Positions 25,060 to 44,994 of a stretch of 64,000 bases of DNA are shown here, piece after piece; within the stretch, counting starts at the first letter, position 1; each line of letters starts with the position of its first letter. Origin of the DNA: Chrysomallon squamiferum (Eukaryota > Animalia > Mollusca). The translations under genes were made by a program, and so were the position numbers. The stretch lies in the NCBI GenBank assembly GCA_012295275.1, contig CM022676.1, positions 13,206,001-13,270,000 on the forward strand, given 5' to 3'. The notes below the pieces were generated by a model that had not been told where the DNA came from, did no database searches, and was given only the letters and a program-made list of their open reading frames with translations.

Positions 25060-26270
25060 TCGTCCCTCCTATCAGACTGTCTTCTTTCTAAAGGATTATG
25101 TATGTGTGTGTATGTGTGTGAGTTATATGTATGTATGTATGTATGTGTGTGTGTATGTGTGTGTGTGTGTGTATGCAAAGGTATGCATATATTGGTGCAT
25201 CTACTATGTCTATATATGAGGGTGTATAATACTTATTTTTATTTCATCTTTATTTTATCTTTCTTCAGGTTTATCAACACTTTAGTCATCACTGGTTTGT
25301 TGTAGATCTACAGACTCCTCAGAGATAGATAAACACGGAGATATGAGATGTATAAAATATTGACAACAATCTAAATTATATATGTATATAGTGGGTTTTT
25401 CGGATTTATTTATATATTTATTAAAATGATTATTTTTTGTTTTTTTGTTGTTGTTTTTTGCTTTTTTACTAGACTTATGATATATCTCTGTCTGTGTTTC
25501 TAAAATCTAATTTCTAAGTAAATAAAGTATTTTATCTAATATGAGATACTGATGTTATTATATTTTTACAAATAATTGTATATAATATAAACTCTTTTAG
25601 CAGTGACAGAAAGTTTGTTATGCAAATTATAATTATTATTAATGTAATAGTTATGAATGTTCTCTTTATCGTTTGTAAGGAAAGAGTGAACTGGTATGTA
25701 TATCTGTAAAATACTGCTTAGAATGATAAATCACAAGTAACTGCGTATTGAGAATGCTGGTACGTTTTCACTACATTTCACAGCATCTCAGAAAAGAGAC
25801 ATTTTCAAAGAATATGCTAATAGTTTTTTAAGCTGCTTGTCTTGTATGAACACAGTTAAAACTAAACATGTTTTGCAGCTTTTATTAATTAATATTATTA
25901 TGAAATTCGTTGCTGAGTGTGAAGTGCTTTAATGTGACTTTAATTATCTATATTTAAATAGTTTCACATTTCAGCTATTATATTAACTCTTTTTTCTCCT
26001 TCTTTCTAATATTTTAACTGAGTATTTTCTCTGCTTCAGTTGTATTACTGTTTAATGGTATATATTATTTTGAAAATGCTAATAAACGTATGTAAATTTT
26101 GGTAACAAATTTGAAATAAGGTTATAAAATTACTGAAATTCTTTGTTAAGTGCGAAATGTTTAAATTTCCATGATCCATGTATACGTTTTAATGATAGTT
26201 TCACATTTCATCTTTGATGTTACATCTCTCATTTATTTTTTTCTATTATTTTAATTGACTCTTTTCATTT
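25060..26270 (+). repeat. Older, diverged direct paralog of ~3820-5340, containing the 112-bp conserved element at 25269-25380
   Basis: Colinear shared words (agaatgctggta...ttttca, tacatttca, aagtgctttaatgt, tccatg.tccatgta) with many substitutions; the core is nearly identical. Boundaries approximate. Confidence 0.75.
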
Positions 26271-27805
26271 TTATGTTTAAATTTATCACATTGTATAATG
26301 CTCTATATTTGACATTAAACAAATACCTCTTAGCTTTCATTAACAAACTAAATTAACTGTGTTTGTTTTTGTTCCATTAACCATCATAATTTCACGGGTA
26401 CTGCACTGACAGACATATATACAGATGAATTACAACTGAAATTTCTCGCTTTGAAAAAAAAAAAAAAAAAATAATAATAATAATAATAATAAAACAAAAA
26501 ATAATAAGAATAAAACATAAATAAAATACAAAAATAAAATAAAATAAAATAAATTACATCAAAACAATAAAAGGATGTCATATTTATGACGTTAAACTGA
26601 ACAAAATAACAAAGTAATGCCAGTTTTATGCATCGAAAAATTCGCATATTTTTCATCAAAAAGCTAAATAAACACGATTTCAGGTTCATTGCATGAAAAT
26701 AAAATTCTACATTAATTTACAGCTAATTAATTACACACGGATGTCATAATAAACATTTAAAATACTGAAGTAGCATACAAATAAATACACAAACTACGTG
26801 CGTGTAAGAGGTGATAATAGTTTGTTTACCAATTCATATACACAATTTAGGTATTTGCTGAAGCTAGAAATACTGTTGCCGCTCGACTTAATTATTTTCA
26901 TAATATTTTACACAAATAAAGGTAAGTAATGATCTACATTTAACACAAGTCCTATAAGGAAAACTATTCATCTTTTGTCTTATGCCTGGATGATTGTGTG
27001 AAAGCATTTCTAATCTGAAAATTATAAGTACTTCTATAACAACAAAACGCAAACGTTTCTTATGTTATTTTAGTTAGGAAATAAAATAAAATTGTAAGTG
27101 GTTTATTTATGAAATAACTAAGTACATATAAACGTAAAAGAAATATTTGGTTCAATATCGGGTAGTTCAATATAAAAAAAAATATAAACAAAATAAATAA
27201 ATACACAAAATAATAATAATAATAATAATAAATAAAGAAAGAAATAAAGAAATAAATAAAGAAATAACGTATATCAAAGACAATTTTTTTTTTTGTTGCA
27301 AAATTTCAAATATAGAGCCTGATTCCCTACAAAGCAATTAGACTCGTCCACGACGTCTTCCGGTATCAAACGTAGCCTTGAAGTGTGCTTATTATAGTAA
27401 GATAGAAAATAATTTGTTGAGTTAGTTTATTTATTTATTTATTTATTTTAAACATGGATTTTAAGCATGTGATTTTTAAATAAGTGTTCGAAATGGACTA
27501 CAGGGACATGAGCAAAGATGGTTCTCTGTCGTTCGTTACTAATATTTAAAAAAAACGGAAAAAAAAAAGAGAAAAAACAAGAACAAAACCCTCCCCAAAA
27601 AAACCCCAGTATAATGACAGGAAAGATTTCGAATAACTCCCCCTTAAGCTTCTAAAGAGGAAGTTGACGCGATTGTATAAGAAAGTGGTGCTTGCCTTAT
27701 GAAAGAAAGATGTATATGTATATGTGTGGTCTAGATGTTTATGTCAACTCTCGTAATTATTATTTGTATTAGATTCAGTTTGTGTTACTGTTACTGCCAA
27801 CACAA

Positions 27806-27872
27806 TGACGTCATATTAGATTTGTAAGTATGCCAGAATGACGTCAGAAATCATTAAGTAACACTTACGTAA
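27806..27872. promoter_or_regulatory. Cluster of palindromic bZIP sites: TGACGTCA x2 and TTACGTAA
   Basis: CRE palindromes at 27806-27813 and 27839-27846; PAR/NFIL3-type palindrome at 27865-27872; ~2.1 kb upstream of the gene C leader exon. Function is inferred. Confidence 0.4.
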
Positions 27873-28165
27873 TGAAGTTTGCACTTTGTTGAGGTATTTA
27901 AAAAAAACCCACATGATCTGTTTACGAACAGTGATAGAACTGTAGGTATAATGCTTGATTAATGTGAAATGTCATACAGTTGCTATGCGCGACCATACCT
28001 TCTTTAATTTCAAATTTAAAAAAAAAAAAAAAAAAAAAAAATTGAACGGAGAATTTATAGTAGGTACAAAATTGTAATTTCCGCCACTAGGGCCTATCCT
28101 TGTTCCAGTGTTGTTTGTCCGTTTCTAAATTTCGAGTTACTTAATTATATCATCAAAATTTAAAT

Positions 28166-28166
<1 letters not shown>

Positions 28167-28225
<59 letters not shown>
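28167..28225. repeat. (CT)n microsatellite
   Basis: Direct observation. Confidence 0.95.
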
Positions 28226-28235
<10 letters not shown>

Positions 28236-30012
28236 CAAATGAGCGATCGCGCGTTTTCTTATATTTTGATACATTTATCGATTATTTTCACTCTGTTACA
28301 ATGTTTTCATTCTTAGATAGTTATGATTACTTTAACTGCATATCTACTAGAAAATAGACATACTTTTCTCTACACATTTGTATTAAAATGAAAACCAGAT
28401 TTTTAAACACTGCTGAAACAGTGATTAAGTATAAAACTTCACTTTCATACCAGTTTTCTTTTTTAAAAAACAAATATACTGGCCCAGTTTACTAGACATT
28501 TTCATTAACAAGGAATTATTGTGATGTACATTTTTTTTTTTTTTTTTGGTTAATAATACAGGATAAAAATGGTTGATTTCAGTGGTTAACAATCAAAAGT
28601 TTCATCCTATGTCAGTTCACCCAATGATTGTTTTTTTGTTAGTGGAAACCACTGAAGTTAAGTTTACGATACAAAAGGAAAAAATCTCCAAATTTGGAAT
28701 AATTTACATATTAATGAGCGACAGCTGTGACATGATTTGTACATTAAAAAAAAAAATGGTTATGTGTGTTTGACAAACAAAATTTGCACTGTTATAACTT
28801 CAGTTTTGAATCTAAAGAACAATTCTGTTAGATCACTAGGTAATTTTGCACTGATATGAAAGAAAATAAGTAAATAACACAGTTGACCGAAATATAATAA
28901 TTTAAACAGTGATTATTCAATAACTCCATGGTGGATACAACATTTGTTTCAGTAAGCACATAAAAAAGGTGATATCCTATTAACAGAGATGCCATGCAGT
29001 GGTTGTTGCTGTTGGTGACAACACAAGTTATTGATTTCAAAAATACAAAAGAAGAACAACAATTTTTGTTTTTTTGGTGTCAGAGGACATTTGATGAAAG
29101 GACATATTTTTTTTTTTTTTAACTTTCTTAAGTGTGAAAAATCAACTTATATCTGTTAAAAAAAGGTATTCAGTGTTATTTAAAGTTCTTGTGTGTTTAT
29201 TGTAGATATTAGTTGACTCCATAGCGCTCATCAAGAAAAGTCTCTGTTGTTTCATAAGAAGGTTACTCTTAAGGACCAATAAAATTGTATTTTGCTTAAA
29301 TTGGTACTTTTAGAACTTTATAATGGTTTACTTTTTCTCAGAAATGTAAACCGTTCTAGAAACTAGACATTAACAGTTTTCTAATCATACCACAAAAGAT
29401 TATGTAATCCAAAACTGGAATTTGTTTCCTGAATGTTGCATTTTACTTGATCTTGCTCAAAAGTAAATGTCATGTAAGTGCCTTTTGCCATTTCTTACTA
29501 AAATTAGTTAAATATTAACATAATTCAAGATAAAAAAATGTATGCACAAGGAACAAGGGTGTGAAGATTTTTGTGTCTGTGGTAAAGATTTGATTCATTG
29601 TTGATTTTTGATTAAACATAATGAAGAAAAAAATGTCAGGTGTATAATAATTTTATCATATTTTTTTACAGTTTAATTTTTAATTTATTACTTTTATTTT
29701 CATTGTAGTCAACAAATAACATGAAATGCTTTTCTAATGTGCTGACTCAGATTATGATAAAATTTTGGAAACTAAAGGTTGGACGATTTGAACCAAAAAT
29801 GTCGTAATTTTGAAGGTCCAAAACAAACTTGTAAAACATTTTTTAACAGAATCTGAATCATTCAGGTTAAAACCAGAATATGATTTTGAATATGACATAT
29901 TCAAAAATATATCTGTTGTAAATTAAATCAGGTTGCATATTCAGAATATTTTTTTTTTTTTGCTACAAATATTGCATTTCATTTGTTGTTTTTTCCTTCT
30001 CTTTTACAGATT

Positions 30013-30079
30013 ATGAAGATTAACAAATTTATAATAATTCTTATTTTTGTCTGCATTGCATTTTCTAGAAGTATTTTAG
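30013..30079 (+). CDS. Gene C leader exon: signal peptide MKINKFIIILIFVCIAFSRSIL-G
   Basis: Acceptor cttttacag 3 nt before ATG (implies an upstream UTR exon); basic-hydrophobic signal peptide; phase-1 donor G|gtgagt. Confidence 0.85.
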
Positions 30080-30734
30080 GTGAGTTAAATCCTTTTTCAA
30101 TTTATTTATTTATTTTTTTTCCTTACTTTTTAAGTCAGAATATAAACCTGTATATATATTAAATAATGAGGATTATTACTTGCATTACACTTTTTCACAG
30201 AAATGTAATCTGACGTACTTGTAAATTTTAGTTCAGTGAATGCTGGTTGTATTTATTTAAAAAAAAATTATATTTGGTTTTCATCTATGTTAAAATTTTA
30301 ATTGAAATATAGACAATTGTGTTCTCATAAACTGTGGCATTAATCAAACAGAAAATGAATTGAGGACAAACTGTTGTTTTTATTTATTTTTGACTGGTGT
30401 ATATCAACTATCTGTTATGAATTTTGTAGGAAACAGTACTTGGTTACTGCTACTACAAGTGTGTCATCAGACTCCATGCCCAGATGTTAGAATCTTAGGC
30501 TGTTACTTAGTAGTTGTGTCTAGGTCATAAGCACTTAGTCCATAACCATGGTTTATTATTAATACTATTATAATTTTATTTTTATTTGTATGTTTCTTTA
30601 TAGGAAAAGGTGAAAAAAAGAAATAAGAAATCAGTTTTATTTATGATTGTATTTAAACTGAAATAAAAATGCTAGAAAACATAACAAATTGTAAATACAC
30701 ATACAAACATTCACACTTACAACTCTTATTTCAG

Positions 30735-31043
30735 GTCAGTATGTCATTGCAAAATCTAAAGACACAGTTCTAAATGGATCATCATTAACAATTACATGTA
30801 ATACGAGCAGAAAAGTAGATGGAATAGCTTGGACACGGGGTGATAATAGCTTCCTTGTTTCACAAGGATCAGGTACAAGTTGTACTGGAGATATGCCACC
30901 ACAATACGACTTCACATGTTCCCAAGGGATTTTATACAACTTAACAATACCCAGTATTACGTTCATTGAAAATGGAATAGTTTGGAGATGTCAGGGTGAA
31001 TTTGGAGGAGATGACAGTAATACCATTATTGTAAATGTTACTG
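30735..31043 (+). CDS. Gene C exon: V-like Ig domain
   Basis: tttcag|GT CAG TAT...ACT G|gtaagt, 309 nt; LTITCNTSRKVDGIAW...TSC...FTCSQGILYNLTIPSITFIENGIVWRC. The ORF track shows only its antisense shadow. Confidence 0.9.
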
Positions 31044-33088
31044 GTAAGTTTTGATAATTATAGTTGTTTGTATGAGGTTAATAGTTTTATCTCATCCAAA
31101 AGAATTATAAAAATTATTTCATACATTTTAGCAGATATCTTAACTTGTAATAAAGGAAAGAAAATATTTTCTAGAAAGCATTTATATTGTTGTTCTTTAT
31201 GTGCGTCTGTTTCGTGCTAGTTCAGTAAGGAAGAAATTTAACACATTGCTAGTTTACATCAAATTAATTTAATTCCTCAGATTTTCTGATATAATTTTTG
31301 ATATTTTCTGGAATTACAATACACACTTCCTTTAACATACAGTTAACCTTAGTTAACTCAAGTGTTTATTTGTTGATAACCTCATTCTCTCAAGATGAAG
31401 CTCTGGTCCTGTTTAAGTTAGTCATAATTGGTAATAATAACCTTTGAATAATCAAACATCCAAATAATCAAAAACCTCTATTTATTCAAAGTTGTTTATG
31501 GTCACAAACAGCTGATTTAATAGTGTTAATTAATGTTTGAAAAGTCATAGTGCTGGAATTGTTAGTCTATTGTTTCACTTGTTAAATATGGAACAATAGA
31601 TCATTGATTAAGTGAAATAAAATATGCCCCCTCCATTTCTGTTTTTTACAGTATCTTTACATAATTGCATAAAGTTCACTGATAGATGTTAGCTTTTGCT
31701 GTTTAAATGCCAGTTAATGTTTAACATCTGTTGAATTGTGAAAAATCGCATCTTTGTAAACAAGGTCCCTTTTCTGCTTTACGAGCCCTGTCTAATGTTT
31801 TCCAATACACCTCCTTCGGTTTCAGGTGCCAGTGTTCTGACTGTTGTTCTTTGGCTGTTGGATTCTCAAAGGCTTGGTATAACACTTTGTATATAAGTAC
31901 TGATTCATTTCATACTGGGATATCACACCACCGATGTTATGGTTAATTGGTGACATCTTCAGTTGAGAAACCAACGTGTCACATTTATCAGTGATGATCT
32001 GGCCCTCATAGGCCAGACATTTATGTGCACATTTTCACATTTCAGGTGTCAATTTTTTTTGTCAAACAGAATACTTTTGGTGGTTCTGATGAGCAGGTCA
32101 TGATTTTGACAGATATACAAGATAAATAAAGATAATCATAAAAGAGAAAACAAAAAAAACAACAAGAAAATTCTGAGTAGGGTGAATGTACTTTAGAGGA
32201 TGGACAGTCAAACTTCTCTTTTGTTGTTTCTAATATATTGCATAATGGATTGTTATCACTGTAGGAGATCCTTTAATCCTTATCATATTCTTTTCAGAGA
32301 AAAAATATTACAGATATATATAGATATATGTCGGTATGTTAAGAAAACATTCAGCTCTAGGACACCAGTAAATGACATGTTTTATTGGATTGAGCCTTAA
32401 GAAAGAAACAAAATAAGACCAACATTTTTGAAATTCCTTGAAAATTGAAGGAGTTGAGGCAATTTCAAATGCTGGAAAACGTACCAATTTTTTTCTTTTT
32501 GTTTTATTATGTCATTTGGCCAAATGCTATGATCCTGAATAAAAAATTAACATGATAAAAATGCCTATATCACCTGAAATAGTGGAAAGTGCATAATTGT
32601 ACATATCTGTCTTCTGTTTTGCATAACATTAAGACTTTTGAACTACAATGTATATACTAACTTAATTATACATCTGATGATAAACATTTTTCACAAAGTG
32701 ACTGAAATCTTACAGTAATAAACTTTACCTAAATATTCAAAGAAGTGATTGATTTCCACATAAATTTCACAAAGTATGTGAAACCTTACAGTAATAAACT
32801 TAATATTTTGTGAAACTCACAGTTTGAAAATAATTATTTTTACATAGGCGCCACTTCAGCAGTTGTTGTTTTGTTACACAACCCTATTACTAATATTGAG
32901 ATTAACACAGTATTTCATATTACTAATAAATAAAATACAATGAAATAAATATAAATAATAATAATCTTCTTTCTTTTTTAAGATCTATGTTTCTTTCCAT
33001 TTGGAAGTAAACGTTTTACAATGGTAAAAATTAGTACTTATTAATTTTCAAGATTTCAATCTTTATTGTTTTATTTTTCATTTTCAAG

Positions 33089-33399
33089 TTCCTTTGCAGA
33101 AAGTCTCTATAACAACTGGGTCAACTCCAGTAAAGCCAGCAATTCTTACACAGATGAACTGTTCAACCAACCCTTGTTATCCAGAAGCTGTAATCATATG
33201 GACTTTAGATGGTACAAAGATAACAGAGGGCATTATCAGCTCCACTGAGACAATTGTTGACTCTGGTATTGTAACAAGGAGCAATTTAAATGAAAAATTT
33301 AATACATATGATAATGGAAAAAGTTTGGTTTCTTCAGTTACTTCAGTTTCTCTCTTATATCAACATTGTTACAGAACATTCAAGTCTAATAATTGTTAA
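33089..33399 (+). pseudogene. Gene C exon: C2-set Ig domain with degenerate 3' end; gene truncated
   Basis: ttttcaag|TT CCT TTG; QMNCSTNPCYPEAVIIW...YDNGKSLV, then TCT where the F-strand Cys is expected. The frame runs to TAA without a donor, next to (TC)n and the inverted arm. Confidence 0.78.
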
Positions 33400-33438
33400 T
33401 AATAAAATATTACACATTTGGTGAACACTGTATATTGC

Positions 33439-39516
<6,078 letters not shown>

Positions 39517-41369
39517 AAGATAACAATAATCAATCTTTTATCTGAGCTTAAAAACTGATAATGTCTGATAAATATTTATGTTTCCCAAAAGATAATGGGC
39601 TGATTTTTAAAAACTTGTATACTTATATGCTTAAATGCCTAAACTGTGCCAAATAAAAAATTATTGGAAAAGATCAGAGAAATTTATTTCATCTTTCATT
39701 TTTTTATTTTAGTTATAATTCCATAACAGGAAGTAAATTCATGCAAATGAATGAATTTGTTCATCTCTTGTACATTTTCAACATTAAAATATGGTGCCTA
39801 CAAATATGTGAAATTAAATCTGTCACTTCCCTTTCCCTTCCACGGAAATCTTTCATGTTGAATTCAGAATAATTATGGTAATAGTAGCTGTATCTGCTTA
39901 TTTTATATTTTAATTTGGAAAGACAGCAAAAATAGAATATTCTTTCTTCAATTATCCATCTTAAAAATACTCAGTAGGCTGAGTAAAATGTATCCTCTAA
40001 GTTATTATCCAATCACTTAACATTTACATACACATTGTTCAAAAACTAAATATATTTCTTATTGTATTTTTATTAAAAAAATATTTGATATTAGACGTCC
40101 ACAGTTTTCCAAGTGATCAAAATTTAATACAGTTTAGCTGGATTACTTGATTATATGACTTGATTATAGTCCTGTCTAATGATGACAGGTGTTCCGACCT
40201 GTCTATTAATTTACCAAAACTTATGCTAGGTTACTTTTTTAATGATAAATTAACAGACATTTTTTTGAGTGTCACAACTCATGACCTTGCAGTGTGACCT
40301 GTTTCAGTTTTGGAACAACTAACCAGCTTTGTGATATAACAGAACCCAGTGCAAGGGTCACTAAGTGGTACTAACATCAAATAATTTTTGATAAAAATAC
40401 AATAAGAAATACATTTGTATTTTAAACAAAGTTTATGTAAATGTTTAGTGCTTGGACAATAACCTATAGGATACATCATGATTATAATTTAGTGATTTCA
40501 ATATACTGCAGCTAATGCAAATTTAGGTTTCATCACCTATTATTAGTCTGCCAACACAGGTAGTGGCAGACAGTTACATATCAGCCAGTCACTAGACAAA
40601 CTGTGCTTACATGCTACCTGTAACATTATGAATGGCATGGAAATAAAGAGGGATATCTGCTCTTGAATTTTGTGTGGTTTGTTTCATCTGAGTCATTCAG
40701 TGAATCTGTAACCTGCATCTAAAAACTGCTACATTTGAACACAGTTGGCAGCAGATACATTTTTAAAATGGACAGCTAAAACCATACCCCAACTTCTGTG
40801 GCATCCACCTCTGATATCATTCAAAAGATTGTTCAATTTCATTTTGAGTGGCATTTTAAACTAAGCATAATATTTACTGGAGCAGCAGCCATTTCCAATG
40901 TAACAACTGCTACCACTAACCAGATTACATTTTTTGTTTGTTCAAAATCCCATCAGTCGCACAGTACAGATTATAAGCGAATTTGATCTTGGTTTTTGAT
41001 CGGATTTTGCACCATCTCAATAAGTCAGTTATTACAGTTGTTTAACTAATCTTTCTTATAAATGTATTCAAGAATTTGTTTAATTTTTATCTGATTATTT
41101 TGTATACTCTACTCTGAAAAAGATTTGCATCACTGAAACTTAAAAGAACTTGGCAAATCCAGTTCTGAAAGGGACTGTGATATCTACAATGCTACCTTTA
41201 TTAAAATAGCTGATTATATGCAAAATCATTAATTTATGGCCAGAAATAAATTTTGAATAAATTCTTTCAAATAAATAATAGTGATTAAGTTAAGGCCTTC
41301 AACTTTATTACAATATCTTACTGTAAATTAAATTACAATCACTGAAATATAACAATATACAAAGTTCCT

Positions 41370-41392
41370 TCAATGTCTCTGGTTCACTCTGG
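41370..41392 (-). CDS. Candidate alternative terminal exon of gene B ((A/S)RVNQRH*)
   Basis: Acceptor tttttgcactgctgtctctccag|CC AGA GTG AAC CAG AGA CAT TGA, phase 1; AATAAA ~60 nt downstream (41304-41309). Confidence 0.35.
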
Positions 41393-41561
41393 CTGGAGAG
41401 ACAGCAGTGCAAAAATCACGCAGATACATATATATATAATGTGACAGAATAATACAATACAAATTGTTATAGGATGTAACATTAATGACTTCATTCATAA
41501 TAGACATGGCACACCAAAAATTTTAATTTCTTGCTATTTCTTTATTTTAAGTGACTATTGT

Positions 41562-41602
<41 letters not shown>

Positions 41603-41804
41603 TGTTACTTAAATAAATAAATATAATTAAATGTATCCCCCCCCAAAAAAAAAGCAACATACAAAATACCCCAGCCAAAAAAACTGGTCAATAATTTTTG
41701 AAATAGCAAATGATCCTATTTCTTGTGCACAATTTAAAATAATGTGTCAGTAAAAATTCAGTTCTGAAAGTAAGTATAGCTTATTAATGTTTCTAAACTT
41801 TTAC

Positions 41805-41876
41805 ACAGTGAGAATAACCCAACAGCAACTGATCACAGAATGATGATGAGCTCATCGTTCATCATGTGATTACTAA
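41805..41876 (-). pseudogene. Candidate short TM-like exon of gene B with in-frame TGA
   Basis: gtttcag|TT AGT AAT...CTG T|gtaaaa, 72 nt, phase 1/1; VSNHMMNDELIIIL*SVAVGLFSL. Weak splice sites. Confidence 0.35.
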
Positions 41877-42280
41877 CTGAAACTGTTCAATTACTGCCAA
41901 AAATGGTATGAAAATAAACATTCAAAAAAACAAACAAATAAACAAACAAAATAAAATAAAATAAAATAAAAAATTGATTAAAAATGAAACAAATATGAAG
42001 AATAGATTTTTGAACATTATATACCCAGTGTTTATTCATACTGCAACTGCCATCTTAGTGACAATAAGGTTATATCTCTGAATTTATGAGGATAAACATT
42101 TTATAAATTAGTAGAGATTATATAAATGATGCTAATACCCAAGATACAACAATAATTTAGCTGCTCAGGAAATAAATAGACTGCATCTTTTGATTTATAA
42201 AAGACAGAATAACATGACAGTCTCAAAATGTTTGAATTTTATAATAAAATAACATAGCTGGTATTTTTGTTTTTACACAT

Positions 42281-42840
42281 GGGGCATTCCATGTCTAATC
42301 ATCCAATGGATATAAACCATCTAGGAATCTGGCTGAAGGCTGGTTTTGGTATCACAAGCCAAAACAGACTGACCGACACTTTTTAACTACTGAAATTTTG
42401 AAAACCAGTGGGTTCCATTTTGATGACACTGGTGTCATTGGAAAGCTAATTCATTAATTATTTTCTCTGATATGTGCAACATAAATTTTGGTCAAGTTTG
42501 ACGTTTTGTTTGACTTTTAATATGACTAGGGTCTTGAAAGCTTGTCAAGCTAAAATTAAACCCTTAAAATGTTAACATATACAAAAATCCAGATCTGTAA
42601 TATTTTTAGTTTACTAGTAAAATACACTTGAAGTGGATGTCCTTGAGCACAAAAGTGCATATTCCAACACTTCTAATGAATTAATGTATACAAAATGCAT
42701 TATAATGCATTAGTTTCAGTACTTTATTATAGCAGTATCCTGTTTGGTGATTTAGGAAAATACATAGAATTATGAAAGAATTCTGAGTCACAAAATACCT
42801 AGCGAAAAACGTTGTAGTGTAAACAAGGCAGAAGGTTAGG
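42281..42840 (+). mobile_element. DNA transposon fragment, family shared with 54580-55300 (GGG terminus, possibly Sola2-like)
   Basis: Both copies start GGG(G/T)CATTCCATGTC(T/A)AATCA and share colinear blocks (tgtcaag..aaaattaaaccct; tagtaaaataca..tgaagtgga; ggtgattt; gcagaagg). The superfamily is a guess from the GRG terminus. Confidence 0.6.
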
Positions 42841-43151
42841 TTAAAATTTTACTTTTTGGGAGGTGATATGATATAAAATGATATCTGAAGTAAAATGTAT
42901 ATATGCATTTAATCAAGGTTTAGATGCTAAACTTAGCAGATATTTCATGCATCTGAAAACATTCCAATGTAAAGATTATATCAGTTATGTTTCTTAATTT
43001 TAAACTAAACACATGCAAAACACACACACAGTGAAAATAAAAATTTTACTTATTTCTATAAAAGAATGCTATGAACATCATTGATAAAGGGAAGATGATG
43101 TTAAATATTATATAAATGTTTTAATTGGATAAGATATATGTTTGTATTTAC

Positions 43152-43377
43152 CTGGAAATGTAAGTTCGCGACTTTCAGTTTGCAGTGGACCAGCATCTCC
43201 TAACGAACGGTGGTTGATTAACAGGATTAATTTAACTTTTTTACCAGCAAACTCAGATGGTATTTGGTCAAATGACAAAGTACACGTTGATTGTTCATCT
43301 CCAGAGTTACATGTATCTTTGTTACTGGTTATCTTTGTCAGAGTGTCTGGAACATTATTCTCGGTGCCACTGGATAT
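43152..43377 (-). CDS. Gene B exon: second half of Ig domain 2
   Basis: tttgttatgcag|ATA TCC AGT...CCA G|gtaaat, 226 nt, phase 0/1; ...STCTLSF...KVKLILLINHRSL...ELTFP. Confidence 0.82.
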
Positions 43378-43596
43378 CTGCATAACAAAAACTGCACAGA
43401 TAAGGACATATATGAAGTAAATTTTAAAAATATATATATATAAAAAATAAGAAAAAGTACAACATTAAGTATTATATTTATCTAAAATTTTGTCCACTAA
43501 ACACTGTTTATAAAACAGGTATATATACCTGCACTGATATATGCCATCTATCATTTATTTATTGATAATACACTGTTGCTTATTTGTATCATACAA

Positions 43597-43825
43597 GACA
43601 ACATACAATACACACACTATTTCACAACATACTGCAAGCACAGATATTATGTCACAAGATTGTATTTACTGACACTACCTGACAACATACTGCATGACCA
43701 GACACAATATCAGAATACAATGCACATACAAGCACTGTATCTCAAAATACTGGACATATACACACACTGTGTGACAACATACTGCATATAAAGGCATTAC
43801 ATGACAACATTGCATGTACAGACAT
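43597..43825. repeat. Degenerate intronic minisatellite, ~28-30 bp period
   Basis: Recurrent core (g/c)acaacatactgca at ~43624, 43681, 43774 with degenerate intervening units. Confidence 0.6.
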
Positions 43826-44994
43826 TTTTTCTGTGTAGTGCATAACAATATAAAACATATAGTTTGCATATTAAGACTTTTTGTATTTGATTATACTTAG
43901 TGACTGGCTATTTAAGTTAGTATCATGTTCACCATCATTAAGAACAAAAATAAAAAATAAAAAATAAAAACAGAGGTCTCATCTAATTACTTCACATGTG
44001 TTATGTGTAGGTATTCTTTTTAATAGCTTATATTTGATCTTGTCTCAGATCTGTTGTATTCTATTGAGTATTTTATTGCTGAAAGCTTCCTTGGCTGAGA
44101 TTTCATCCAGTCTATGCCCCCAAAATGCTCAAGTGTGCACTTTGCCGTTAGAATGTAGTTTACTATATTTTCAGCATTGATAAAAGTAAGCACTTCTCTA
44201 ATCCCTGAAGTATTCATGAGGCACCCAAAGTGAAAGTTATCTCACCTAAGTTTAAGACCACTGATTTAGGCTCACAACATGGTGATTTTATGTTAAAATA
44301 AGCCCAGACTGTGTGCTACAGTTAAATCAGTAACATCAAATCTTTTAAACAACAAACAAATGTTTCTGTTCTTAGAGCATTTCAGTTATTATACATATTG
44401 CCTAAATATGACTTTTATTTACTTTTTAATTTTTTTTCAGTATTTCATTAAATGAAGAAGATCTTAGGCATTATGTGAAAAAATATTATCTGAAATTAAA
44501 GAACATTTCTGGCTGATTTTTAAGAATATTACATACAAGATATTTCTTCAGATAATGTAATATCATTTTCACTTATTTACTTATTATAACAATAAGATAA
44601 TTAACTTAATATTGTTTTAATATATCTATGCTGTTTTGTAACAAAAAATAGCATCTGTACATATCTACAAGCTATTACCAATCTGGTCATTTAATTAACA
44701 TTATTTCTTCATTTATATTTCTATTTATTATAAAAAGAAATTAAAAATTTTAAAAAATTTAAAAAATAAAAAATTAGAAAAATAAGAAAATATCCACATA
44801 TAAAGTAATTTATTTATTTGTTTTATTTTTTATTATTATTAATATTGTTATTGTTGTTATTATTATTATTATTATAATTATTATTATTATTATTATTTTT
44901 TTTTATTTTTTTTTTTTTTTTCACATACTATTTAATAATATATATAAAGTAAAGATGTTTGTAAAAAACAAAAAGGAAATGATTTGATACAAAC

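Noticed and set aside
28081-28094. CTCF-like motif CCGCCACTAGGGCC
   Set aside because: Only a partial match to the core, single occurrence.
44020-44217. Minus-strand ORF with a C...W pattern as an extra Ig exon
   Set aside because: No convincing splice sites or second Cys, and the gene B model is complete without it.
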